DNA from: a virus
Taxonomy: Duplodnaviria > Caudoviricetes
Strand: one strand, 5' to 3'
Length of the DNA: 35,651 bases
Virus record (IMG/VR): IMGVR_UViG_3300021408_000054
Location: 1-35,651 of that record
Positions 25,210 through 33,876 of this stretch are shown here, piece after piece. Under the pieces are notes generated by a model. It saw only the letters and a list, made by a program, of their open reading frames with translations, was not told the origin of the DNA and did no database searches. The position numbers and the translations under genes were made by a program. Each line of letters begins with the position of its first letter. Position 1 is the first letter of the stretch.

Positions 25210-26656
25210 ATCGGCGGAAAGCACTGCGAATCTGCTGGGCTCTCGACTCTTGAACCGCTCGCTTGATTCCCGAATTCAGGTCTTTCGCTTCTTCCGCAAT
25301 ACCCGAAACTCCCAGAAGCTTCCAGAGTGCCGCTAGCGCGTCCACACGGTCGTCACACAGGTCTTTCACGCCTGTGAAGCCACAGACTTCGTCAACGAAG
25401 TCGCTCACCCATTCGGCGCTGTCAGGCTCGGGAACGAGTATGTTTCCAAGGTTCCAACCGTCTTGAGCTGCTGGCGTAGCTCGAACGTACTTATCTGCTG
25501 AAGCAATTCGGTAAGTGAATCCCTTGACGCTACGTTTTATATGTTGCGCCGTTCCTTTTTCCGTGCCTGAGCATAACCACAATGTGCGACTTTGTTTCGT
25601 GGCTCGCGCCATGATGTCTGTGAACTCTGGACTCTGGCACTGGCGGCGAATCTCGTTCGTTAGGTAGACCTTCTTTCCGTAGCGTCTACCCTGGAGCAAC
25701 ACAGACCAGTCCGATCGCGTCTTCTCTGAGTAAGCAAGGTCAGCTCCGTTGCCACGTGTGAATCCAACGCCTCCAGTTGGAAGCTCAGTGTAGAACGTTG
25801 GCTCTCCGAACAGAGCTTCTCCACGTGGACGTGGACGCCCCTGATACATGCTCGCCCATGTATAAGGGTTGTTCTTGAACTGCTGAAGCCACGTACTTGG
25901 ACGTCCGGCTTCCCAGAGAGCTTCACCAATAGCGCGACCGTTGACGTCGTCTTCCGAATCGCACTCTGCTGGTATGCGCAGATACACCCATTTGAAGAGC
26001 TTGATCAGTCTCCCGATCATGTCGTCAACGTGCCAGCGTGTAGCCATAGCAACGCAGCTGGAGCCCGGGTGACGTCGGGTCTGCGCAACGTCTGTGAGCC
26101 ACTCCCAGCCACGTTCGCGAATCACCTTGGACTCAGCGTCTTGCCTGTCTTTCGTTGGATCGTCGATTAACGTCAGGCCGCTAATCGGATTACCCGTCAA
26201 GCCACCACCTAAACCAACGAAACGGATCTGTGTGCCCCCATCACAGTTCAGCTCGCCTTCAGCCTCACGTAGCTTAGGATTCAACCCAGCAAGCGCGCAT
26301 AGGTCTCTTACCTTGCGCGCTACCTGAATCGCTCTGGTGAAGTTATACGTAGCGTAAGCATGAGACAGGCCTGGAGCGCGCTGAGACAGCGACACGAAGG
26401 CGTGCTTAGCAATCTCCGTCTTACCGTGCTGTGGCGGCCCGCTGAAGGTTAGGTTGACTTCTTGTGGTCGTCCCTTCTCATCGATCGTATTGTCGAGAGC
26501 TTCAACGTAGCTATCAAACCAAACGGGCGGCTGAAGCTTAGGACTGCACTGTTGCATGCAGTCATAGATCTTGAGCTTAGGTCGGTCCCTTTCTTTCGCT
26601 TTGGCTTCCTTCAGTTTCTCCCGACGTTTCAGAGCCTCTGCCACCAACGGATTCAT
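25208..26656 (-). CDS. terL: Terminase large subunit
   Basis: Walker A PPQHGKT, Walker B LIDDP, coupling motif ATRWH, nuclease DLA...DDRVDA. Confidence 0.95.
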   Translation of the reverse strand: MNPLVAEALKRREKLKEAKAKERDRPKLKIYDCMQQCSPKLQPPVWFDSYVEALDNTIDEKGRPQEVNLTFSGPPQHGKTEIAKHAFVSLSQRAPGLSHAYATYNFTRAIQVARKVRDLCALAGLNPKLREAEGELNCDGGTQIRFVGLGGGLTGNPISGLTLIDDPTKDRQDAESKVIRERGWEWLTDVAQTRRHPGSSCVAMATRWHVDDMIGRLIKLFKWVYLRIPAECDSEDDVNGRAIGEALWEAGRPSTWLQQFKNNPYTWASMYQGRPRPRGEALFGEPTFYTELPTGGVGFTRGNGADLAYSEKTRSDWSVLLQGRRYGKKVYLTNEIRRQCQSPEFTDIMARATKQSRTLWLCSGTEKGTAQHIKRSVKGFTYRIASADKYVRATPAAQDGWNLGNILVPEPDSAEWVSDFVDEVCGFTGVKDLCDDRVDALAALWKLLGVSGIAEEAKDLNSGIKRAVQESRAQQIRSAFRR

Positions 26657-26979
26657 TACGTCTTTCTTTTACACGAAGCTCTGACGCGAGCAATGACCAC
26701 ACGCCAGTCGGTCCCCATATAGCGAGAAACAGCAATGCAAAAGCTCCGTACGCCGCGATTGCCTCTAGCACTGTTACAACGGTAGCAAGCTGTTGCGAGG
26801 TTAGTTCTAGCATTCGTTCCGCCTTTGCTTCGTGGTCTTATATGATCCAACGTTAGCCGTTCGCGCGAGAGACAATAAACACAACAGTTATTGTCTCTAG
26901 CATAAATTGCTATACGCTTCTTACGGGCCGCCCAACTCGATGAGCGGCCCGGGCGCTTGTTGTGTGCTTCAGTCGCCAA
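26656..26979 (-). CDS. HNH endonuclease (packaging-associated)
   Basis: RD...CVYC...LTLDHIRPRSKGG....NL..AC..CN; TAATG coupling to TerL. Confidence 0.92.
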   Translation of the reverse strand: MATEAHNKRPGRSSSWAARKKRIAIYARDNNCCVYCLSRERLTLDHIRPRSKGGTNARTNLATACYRCNSARGNRGVRSFCIAVSRYMGTDWRVVIARVRASCKRKT

Positions 26980-26984
26980 CTTAT

Positions 26985-27701
26985 CTACGGAACGTAGGCT
27001 TGAATAGCATTCTTCTGTGACGCAGTGAAGTCAAGCAATCCGTTCTTTAGTACATCATTGCTGTTGACGGCCATCGTACCAGCGGACGAGTGCCCCCAGC
27101 CTCCACAGTGCCCAAGCTCATGAAGTGTAGAGTTTCGAACGATACGATTGCGCTCTACTTGAGACAGGCCATTCCAAACGAACGCGCCTCCGTACGAAGT
27201 CTCAATCACCTTGAAAAAGATCGACACGGCGCAACCTTGAAACTTGCATACTCGGCCCGATCCAGCGACCTGAGTACAAGCCGACGCAATTGTCGATTTA
27301 GCCTTTGGTGAACCAGCTGGCATCGCATCGAATATCACCTGCACAACAGTTTCCGAACCAGCTCCACTAACCAAAGCGTCCCAACCGCGCGAACCATAGA
27401 CAGCGGTGAATTTCGTAATTCCGTCTCCAATGGCTTGAGACCAATTCACGCCGTTGCTATCTGGTGGAGCGAACGAGCGAATTCGCATCACCTTGTCAGC
27501 GGGTAAGAAGCATCCGTTGTTCGACGGGAACGGAGCCGCGCCACATGGAAACGAGTCCGTGCCAGCAGCAAACTCTTGAATCCCGTATCCCGATGGCACC
27601 GTTAGAGCTTGCTCTAACGTACCTATTTTAAGCCCGTCAACTTCTTCGTATTCAGCGCCGCACCCAATAAGGAGAAACGCGAATGCTAGTAGATGCTTCA
27701 T
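26985..27701 (-). CDS. Lipoprotein zinc metalloprotease (metzincin/matrixin-like)
   Basis: Lipobox LIGC; HELGHCGGWGH (HExxHxxGxxH) followed by a Met-turn (GTM). Confidence 0.8.
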   Translation of the reverse strand: MKHLLAFAFLLIGCGAEYEEVDGLKIGTLEQALTVPSGYGIQEFAAGTDSFPCGAAPFPSNNGCFLPADKVMRIRSFAPPDSNGVNWSQAIGDGITKFTAVYGSRGWDALVSGAGSETVVQVIFDAMPAGSPKAKSTIASACTQVAGSGRVCKFQGCAVSIFFKVIETSYGGAFVWNGLSQVERNRIVRNSTLHELGHCGGWGHSSAGTMAVNSNDVLKNGLLDFTASQKNAIQAYVP

Positions 27702-28570
27702 AGACAGTTCCCCGCAGCAATCGAAAAGCTAGTTGGGTTTTGGACCTTGTTGTAGCTGTTTGCTTGGCAGAGCCGCCCAGGCTCGAACTCAAAGAAATCA
27801 GTTGACGTCCCGCTGAAGGAGTCGGCCCGTTGAGAGCAGGTAGCATTCCACCACCTATCACTGCATGGTGTTAATGGATTCCATGGAATGAATCCTTGCC
27901 CTGTCGTCATCACAGCCGCCGCTTCTATGCCGTGCTCAAAAAGCTGCTCGCGTCCGCCGTCGAAGGTGTTAGCCGCGATCCTTGTTGCGTCCACAGTGAT
28001 TAGCATGATGTGCTTGTTTCGATAGTACAGTCCCGGTAGTGACTCAGTGAGTAGCACGTCATTGACAACCGGGTTGGCGGCTCTATGGGTCAGACACACG
28101 AAGTGACTGATTAGATGATCGCCGTAGTTCCCGCAGCTGCCGACACGGATAATCACATTAGGGTTCCCAAATTGTACGGTAGATACCTCTTGAAACGTCC
28201 AGCTAGAGTCAAGATAGCCGGGCGAGCTTAGGATGTTGTAAGCGCGCACCATCTCAGTTTTTGGGGTTCTGCTCGGATAGACGCCGGCAATTTGGAAGTC
28301 CGCCGCTCCCGGCTCGAAATAGTACCGGATATTTTTCGTGTCGGGCAGAAAGCAGCTCTCCGGAGCCGGCATGTCCGTAGTGCACGACACTTCCCCTGTA
28401 CCCTGGTATCCGAACGTGCGCTTAGAGCCATCGATAAAAGTGGTAGGCTTCACGCTCACAGCTTGTTCAACGGTTCCAAGCTCGAATTCTTCTAACTCAC
28501 CAGCGTCCCCACAACCACAACCCACAAGGGCTAACAGAAAACCTAAAACGAAAGCTTTGATACTGTTCAC
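27698..28570 (-). CDS. Lipoprotein paralog with degenerate metalloprotease site
   Basis: GTG start with GGAG SD; lipobox LVGC; shares GTxEQAxxV..GY..C..CFLP..K..R with its neighbour but has no HExxH. Confidence 0.7.
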   Translation of the reverse strand: MNSIKAFVLGFLLALVGCGCGDAGELEEFELGTVEQAVSVKPTTFIDGSKRTFGYQGTGEVSCTTDMPAPESCFLPDTKNIRYYFEPGAADFQIAGVYPSRTPKTEMVRAYNILSSPGYLDSSWTFQEVSTVQFGNPNVIIRVGSCGNYGDHLISHFVCLTHRAANPVVNDVLLTESLPGLYYRNKHIMLITVDATRIAANTFDGGREQLFEHGIEAAAVMTTGQGFIPWNPLTPCSDRWWNATCSQRADSFSGTSTDFFEFEPGRLCQANSYNKVQNPTSFSIAAGNCL

Positions 28571-28665
28571 GGTGCACTCCAGAGTAATGGGTAGAACGCG
28601 ACAATCACGCCTACCAGAACCATAACCGCTATGCATGCGGCCAATGCGTAACTTTGCTTCTTCAT
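28567..28665 (-). CDS. 32-aa single-TM peptide
   Basis: MKKQSYALAACIAVMVLVGVIVAFYPLLWSAP; GTGA overlap with the lipoprotein start. Confidence 0.55.
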   Translation of the reverse strand: MKKQSYALAACIAVMVLVGVIVAFYPLLWSAP

Positions 28666-28669
28666 ATTT

Positions 28670-29143
28670 TCATCCAATCAATGATTGAGCTTGCTCAGAT
28701 GCAAACGCATCCAGCAACATCTCCCAGGCTTCTTCACCTGAGAGCATTGGCTTCGCCTTCAGGTCTTTCTCCAACCTGTCAAGCGCTTTCTTAGCTAGCG
28801 GAGCTAAACTGACGTCTACTTTCTTGCTCCAGCGCGTTCTACACCTTTCGAGATACGCGAGGGCTGTTTTGGAGTCTGTACTAGCATCAACCTGAGCGCT
28901 TCGCTTTATCTCATATCGGGCGTAATGTTTAATTAACAATCGCCTTAACTTTTCGTTACGCCCAAGTAGTTCTTGAAACTCCTCTGGAAGCCAACCTTGA
29001 GCTGCAGCTGCAACTTCCGGATGCACTCCTTTCTCGATTGCAAGAACTATTTCTTTAACGTTTTTCCAATTAAACCTGGCACCTTTCGTGTACTTAGGTG
29101 CTGAAGGATTTACTGCTATTCCAGTGTTGGAATGTGTAGACAT
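28670..29143 (-). CDS. Putative terminase small subunit
   Basis: N-terminal HTH-like segment; D.K.A..YLER....W motif; upstream of HNH/TerL. Confidence 0.65.
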   Translation of the reverse strand: MSTHSNTGIAVNPSAPKYTKGARFNWKNVKEIVLAIEKGVHPEVAAAAQGWLPEEFQELLGRNEKLRRLLIKHYARYEIKRSAQVDASTDSKTALAYLERCRTRWSKKVDVSLAPLAKKALDRLEKDLKAKPMLSGEEAWEMLLDAFASEQAQSLIG

Positions 29144-29170
29144 AAGTGAAACCCAACTTTACCCAACTAG

Positions 29171-29552
29171 TCAGCTACATTCAAGGCAAACAGCGCCCTT
29201 GACTCCAGGCTTCCACCAAACTTTCTCTCCTACTTCAATTGTCTCACCACATTCGCGGCATTTACCCGGGAATTTTGAAATTATGCAGACCGGAGGATTC
29301 TTCAGATCCTCTAATTGTTTGGTCAGCCGAGCCACAGCTTCCTGAAGGTCGCGCTTGTCACGCCGCAACAGGGCACAGCCTGAGCAAGGGACGTTAGAGG
29401 AACGCTCCGGCTTGCCCTCTGATTGCGAGTCCTGCCCGACGTAGGCGAGCGAGCATGTGCTTGCACGCCAGAAGCGCCGCTGAAGCGCTCTCAGGCCCGT
29501 TGCCGCCCATCGTGGCGAGCCGGATCAGGTGAGCGACCTTAGGCGGGATCAT
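29171..29552 (-). pseudogene. Frameshifted DUF2786-like + Zn-finger gene
   Basis: ATG 29552 frame (MIPPKVAHLIRLA...) stops at 29394; removing one copy of a tandem 4-mer (29447-29454) fuses it to the 29171 frame. Confidence 0.55.
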
Positions 29553-29896
29553 TACTCAACGAACTCCGCTCCAATGATTTGGATAGCCAGAAGAAGCTTC
29601 TTCATCTTGAGCTTATCGAGAGTCAATCCGCCGTCTACGTTTCGAGTCCAAGATCCAGGCGGGTAACAGAATCTGCCTAACGTAAGCCAACCAGCTTCTT
29701 TCAGCTTATCGTAAGCGATTGCTTCAGCCTCACACCTGAGCGCACATTCATAAGAATGTGGAAGCGAATCTAGCTCTCCGAACGAATAACGACCGTCAGA
29801 AACCAGTTTCCAACCGCGCCATTTAAGCCATCTTTCATAGTCACTGGAAAATTTAACAGGGATTTTGGACTTTATGCAGTTAACTAGCGAGATCAT
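29552..29896 (-). CDS. Hypothetical protein
   Basis: 114 aa; TAATG coupling downstream. Confidence 0.6.
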   Translation of the reverse strand: MISLVNCIKSKIPVKFSSDYERWLKWRGWKLVSDGRYSFGELDSLPHSYECALRCEAEAIAYDKLKEAGWLTLGRFCYPPGSWTRNVDGGLTLDKLKMKKLLLAIQIIGAEFVE

Positions 29897-29909
29897 TTGA
29901 TGAAAACCT

Positions 29910-30060
29910 ATGTTTCTCCGGGAGGCCCGGTAGAACCGGGGTTGCTGGAGCCCGTAGGGTATTCTGGGAGAGAGAAAAATTCAAGTTTTTTTTGGAACTC
30001 TCTCACGTAGGCTGGCCACACTCCCGGTTCTCCCGGTTCTCCCGGAAATTCTCCGAATAA
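29910..30060. repeat. Iteron-like repeats + AT tract (putative replication origin)
   Basis: CTCCCGGTT/CTCCCGGTT/CTCCCGGAA tandem at 30021-30047, related words near 29913-29940, and AAAAATTCAAGTTTTTTT between; just downstream of the helicase-like gene. Confidence 0.5.
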
Positions 30061-30137
30061 CTTAACGTATTCACATAGTTGCAACATAAACGCGCTAAGT
30101 GCTTGATTGTCACAATGGCAAAACACAAGACATTCTG

Positions 30138-31868
30138 TCACTTAACCTGCTTAGCGCTCCAAACTATTGAATTAGTTGAAGAATCCTTTAAGGAATTGAG
30201 CTTGAATCCTCCTCTAACCGCGTTCTTTCGTTTCTCTAGCATTCGCGCAACGGTGAATGTGCCAGGTCGACCCTTCATATCACGTGAGTTTGAAGTGATC
30301 AAATGGTCGAAAGCCTCCCTTAACTCTGGAAATACAGGCGCTCTAGTGGGTGGACTGTACGTAATAGTTTCCTCAAGGTAAGCAGCGTCTAGGATTTCTT
30401 TGGTGCTTAGATACTTAACTTGCCTTACATCTTGAAGCGCGCATATCGAACGCAACAGCATAACTTCCGCTTCACGAATTGGATCAGCCGTCTCCAGCTC
30501 TAAGCGACAGTCCAAAACGTTATGTCCGGTGCTCCAGTGGATGGCCGCTGCCACGAGTGCGCTCCAGGCTCCGAACGAACCAAAGCCCTTGACAGCTGCT
30601 TTGGACTGTGTATCTCCGCTCAATACATAGGCTCTAAGGATTGTCAAGGCTGCTCTTACAAGCTCAGGTCGTTTCTGCTTCACCCAGCCCACGAGATCGG
30701 CGTGCTTGAAGTTCGCGCGCTTGCTCGGTAGCTCGACTGGACTCTCTTGCCGGCAGTTCAGGACCCTCCGAGCTGTGTCGCCATGAAAGCTCAGCTGGTT
30801 GCCTGTGAAGGCCAGCACGCTCTGCCAGCTGAGCTTGCGTATCTCGGACACGCCTAACACTCGGAACTCTACGATCGGAGTCGTTGCGATTTTCTCCAGA
30901 GCATCGCCACGAATGATCTGGGAGCAGTTGTCGAAGCAGATGAGTTGTGATCCGGCTATCGCGTGTGAAGAGAGAACTTTTTCCATCTCTTCAGCGTTGC
31001 CAGCGGGGAAGGTTGACTTCGCCGCTTCTCTGCCTGTGGCGATGATTGAAGCGACGTCTACGGCCATGCCTTTGCCGGTGCCAGCGTCTGTTGCGTCGAA
31101 TCCGAAGAACGGAACACAACCCTCGATTGCTGGCCTTACCAGAAGCGTCATGGCCATGGCTATCGGTAGCCAGCGATGCGACTCAGACACGAACGGGAAT
31201 GAGTCGTAACCTTCGTGTGCTTTGAACGGCTCAGCGAGGCACGCTACAGACGCTTTAATCTGAGCTTCGTTAGGCTGGTCCGGAACCTTTAGAAAGGTGC
31301 CTGACGGGCGAAAGAACCAGCCTGTAGCTTCGTCGTATCCTGGTATGTCCAGTATCGATCCGTCAGCGCGCATTGACGGGCTCTGAACGATACCCTTGAG
31401 AACTGGTACGCGCGGATACTCTTTGAGAGACGTGACTAGGTTTACGATTTTGCTGTTGGGCTCGATACGCTCCCACGAGTGCGTATTATGATCGTAACCT
31501 ATGTACTTCCAGAAGCGTGTAGCTTTGCACAGAGCTTTGGACGTCAGCGGCGGATCGAGATCTTGAATCGCTAGCTGAGTGCCAGTGCGCGGCTTACCCT
31601 TACCGTCTTTTCCGAGATAGACATCCGTCTCTATCACGCGCACGAGAGCACCGTTCCTCTGCCAGGTGTCGTCAAGGTCGCTGAGCTTATCGATCGACTC
31701 TCTGGCGCTCGCTTCAGTGGCCTTGAAGCCCAGAGGGACGCTCACGCATATGCCGTCAGGCCTCCAGTTTTCGTCACTGTTGCCTACGATTTTCTGAGTG
31801 GCTTGCGCGACTCTGGCTCTCAGATCTTGCGCTTCTTTAAATTTATCAGTAGTGTCGTGCTCGGACAT
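30138..31868 (-). CDS. Primase-associated P-loop NTPase/helicase-like replication protein
   Basis: L.GI...P..R.DGS....GYD..T, Walker A AGTGK, Walker B ICFDN and TGN...GD..RR motifs. Confidence 0.8.
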   Translation of the reverse strand: MSEHDTTDKFKEAQDLRARVAQATQKIVGNSDENWRPDGICVSVPLGFKATEASARESIDKLSDLDDTWQRNGALVRVIETDVYLGKDGKGKPRTGTQLAIQDLDPPLTSKALCKATRFWKYIGYDHNTHSWERIEPNSKIVNLVTSLKEYPRVPVLKGIVQSPSMRADGSILDIPGYDEATGWFFRPSGTFLKVPDQPNEAQIKASVACLAEPFKAHEGYDSFPFVSESHRWLPIAMAMTLLVRPAIEGCVPFFGFDATDAGTGKGMAVDVASIIATGREAAKSTFPAGNAEEMEKVLSSHAIAGSQLICFDNCSQIIRGDALEKIATTPIVEFRVLGVSEIRKLSWQSVLAFTGNQLSFHGDTARRVLNCRQESPVELPSKRANFKHADLVGWVKQKRPELVRAALTILRAYVLSGDTQSKAAVKGFGSFGAWSALVAAAIHWSTGHNVLDCRLELETADPIREAEVMLLRSICALQDVRQVKYLSTKEILDAAYLEETITYSPPTRAPVFPELREAFDHLITSNSRDMKGRPGTFTVARMLEKRKNAVRGGFKLNSLKDSSTNSIVWSAKQVK

Positions 31869-31896
31869 TCGTGTCCCGTCTTCGTTGCTGGAGACA

Positions 31897-31936
31897 GAAC
31901 CGCCCGGCTAGGTAGGCTTCCCTAGCCGGGCGGTTC
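31897..31936. promoter_or_regulatory. Perfect 16-bp inverted repeat upstream of the helicase-like gene
   Basis: GAACCGCCCGGCTAGG-taggcttc-CCTAGCCGGGCGGTTC. Confidence 0.75.
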
Positions 31937-32010
31937 GCTATTTGGGGTGTAAGTGTGGCGTAGCGCTTGTGTGCTGTTGTGGCCGATTTGCGCTAGTCAT
32001 AAGTTAAGGG

Positions 32011-32056
32011 AAATCGATAATTCTCGATTTATGTTAGGTTGGCACAGAGTTAGCAT
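32011..32056 (+). promoter_or_regulatory. Operator-like palindrome + sigma54-like -24/-12 box
   Basis: AAATCGA-taattc-TCGATTT; TCGATTTATGTT identical to the island repeat core; TTGGCACAGAGTTAGCA (GG-N10-GC). Confidence 0.55.
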
Positions 32057-32067
32057 TGAGTTTGAGC

Positions 32068-32358
32068 ATGAGCGACATGCAACGAAGAATCAAAATGCTA
32101 GAGGAAACGATCGCGCAACTTAAGGCGTCTATGGTTAGCGTCACTGATGCGCTTGACACAGCGATTATGACTCAGGTAACGGAGCGTCCACAGACGATCG
32201 ACGAATTATCGAAATCACTAAAACGAACTAGGGCTATCGTGCGGAGCGCGGTAGGGCGCATGGCATGGTCTGAGACGGTGCGCATGGTATCGGAGAAAGG
32301 ACAGAAGCGAGAGCGATTCAGGGTGTACCCAGCGGACAGAATCAAAGGGTTGCTTTAG
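32068..32358 (+). CDS. Coiled-coil + winged HTH putative regulator (only plus-strand gene)
   Basis: N-terminal coiled coil; PQTIDELSKSLKRTRAIVRSAVGRM...V.. wHTH pattern; start 32068 or 32077. Confidence 0.65.
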   Translation: MSDMQRRIKMLEETIAQLKASMVSVTDALDTAIMTQVTERPQTIDELSKSLKRTRAIVRSAVGRMAWSETVRMVSEKGQKRERFRVYPADRIKGLL

Positions 32359-33178
32359 CTTTCCCAGTGAACTCTTCAGTCAGATAGGCGCAGTGCGAAT
32401 GCAGGCACAGCACGGCGCCTATCGGTTCGCTGACCCGGGTGAAACCGAGCACGTTGGGAGCGTACAGAACTGTGGAACCATCGAAATCTTTACCGCACGT
32501 ATGGGAGCTGGAGTTAGGACACCTAATTGCCCAGACTCCAGGCTTGATTTGAATTCCGAGGTCACCTTGAACTTCGAAGTAACACCCCAGCAGAAACGCT
32601 CTGTGGTCGACCGATTGGGCGTGGACGGAGCCATTGATTTTCGCTTTCGACATTCCGAGCAAGCGCGCGACTAACCATGCGGGCGGATCGGAAACGGGTA
32701 GCTGACCAAGATATGACGAATCTTCGTACCTGTAAACACCCTTAGGTGTTTCACTGGGTGGAACCAACACGTAGCCGTGGCCTAAACCCTTGACGTCTAT
32801 ACCGATTCCCATGCCTCTGACGCGGCAAGCTTCAAGCTCTGGAGTCTTGCGAAACCAGTGGTGGCGATTGGGCCAGCCGCTTGCGCTGATAACCGTGACC
32901 GTGTCCGGAAGCTTACCGTTTTCTTCTTCAACGATATCTAATAACTCATCTCCGCCAGAGCGTGAATCGATATCGAGAGCGAAGTAAGGAGTGAAGCGTA
33001 GCGCCGCGCCTATGTTGTACGGAACGCGAGCCCACCAACGTTTGATCACGTCAGTGTCCAGAGTACCGTCTAGCTCGCCGTGAGTACCCTTTAGAGGCCT
33101 CTTGTCACCAGGCTGCAGCGGGAATACCGAAATGCCTTGCTTGGCGTGCCACAGAGCCGCCTGGAGATGAGAATTCAC
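32342..33178 (-). CDS. Bifunctional primase/polymerase (Prim-Pol) with C-terminal Zn-binding domain
   Basis: A.....G.SVFPL....K.P, WW....YNIG, LDID, H.WF, IDVK....YV..PPS motifs; CP....H...C.H..C. Confidence 0.9.
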   Translation of the reverse strand: MNSHLQAALWHAKQGISVFPLQPGDKRPLKGTHGELDGTLDTDVIKRWWARVPYNIGAALRFTPYFALDIDSRSGGDELLDIVEEENGKLPDTVTVISASGWPNRHHWFRKTPELEACRVRGMGIGIDVKGLGHGYVLVPPSETPKGVYRYEDSSYLGQLPVSDPPAWLVARLLGMSKAKINGSVHAQSVDHRAFLLGCYFEVQGDLGIQIKPGVWAIRCPNSSSHTCGKDFDGSTVLYAPNVLGFTRVSEPIGAVLCLHSHCAYLTEEFTGKAKATL

Positions 33179-33876
33179 AGCGAGCCTCTGGCTATGTAAT
33201 AAAGGCGCTCAACAGCAGAGATAGAGGATCCTGATATGCCTGAATTAACAGAAGTGCGTTGCTCTCTCTCGAATAAGATAGTTCCGAAAGGCATATTATA
33301 TTCAGACACGAAAACATCAGTGAAGGCTGACCATTCTCTTACGTTAGAGCAAAAACGATCGTGATCAAAATTTGATCCGTATCCAGTTACCCCAGAGTAC
33401 GGCGGGTCCATATAGATTATTCCAGACGTCGGCTTTATTGGTTGGTTAAGAAAATCTAAGCACCCGAACTTTGCTCCACACGACACGTCCCTTTTTACGA
33501 TCTTTGCGGCGCCTTCTATTGGACGTGCGTACTTAGGCCTAGAAGATGAGTAGCCTCCAAACCATTTCCCGCCAAACGAGCAACCGAAACCCACGAAAGC
33601 CTTCAAAGGATCTGTGTCTGGAAGCAATCGCGCCGCTGAATATTCTTCACGAGTCAGAGTGATAGGTGGTTCCCATCCGTTCTGGACAGCCTTGTATAAC
33701 GCGATCAGTGGAGCGCAAATATCGGTAGCGTAAACAGGTCCGTTTTTCGATAGAGCAACGCTTACACTGAGACCGCCACAGAACGGATCCCATACCCATT
33801 GACCGGGCTTGCGGATCTTATCTATCTCGGCTGCTATCAGCTTTGCGATTCGAGTCTTGCCGCCAAGGTATTGCAT
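33175..33876 (-). CDS. DNA adenine methyltransferase (Dam/D12 class)
   Basis: YLGGK, PFCGG SAM-binding motif, catalytic DPPY. Confidence 0.92.
   Translation of the reverse strand: MQYLGGKTRIAKLIAAEIDKIRKPGQWVWDPFCGGLSVSVALSKNGPVYATDICAPLIALYKAVQNGWEPPITLTREEYSAARLLPDTDPLKAFVGFGCSFGGKWFGGYSSSRPKYARPIEGAAKIVKRDVSCGAKFGCLDFLNQPIKPTSGIIYMDPPYSGVTGYGSNFDHDRFCSNVREWSAFTDVFVSEYNMPFGTILFEREQRTSVNSGISGSSISAVERLYYIARGSL

Noticed and set aside
34-31209. Numerous plus-strand ORFs in the track
   Set aside because: Antisense shadows of well-supported minus-strand genes, with no motifs or RBS.
31568-31584. Second TGGCAC-N5-TAGC sigma54-like word on the minus strand
   Set aside because: It lies inside the helicase-like CDS with no suitable downstream start; likely chance, and a caution for the 32039 box.
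17502-31920. Shared GGTAGGCTTC 10-mer in two hairpins
   Set aside because: A single 10-mer match is expected by chance at this length, and the structural contexts differ.
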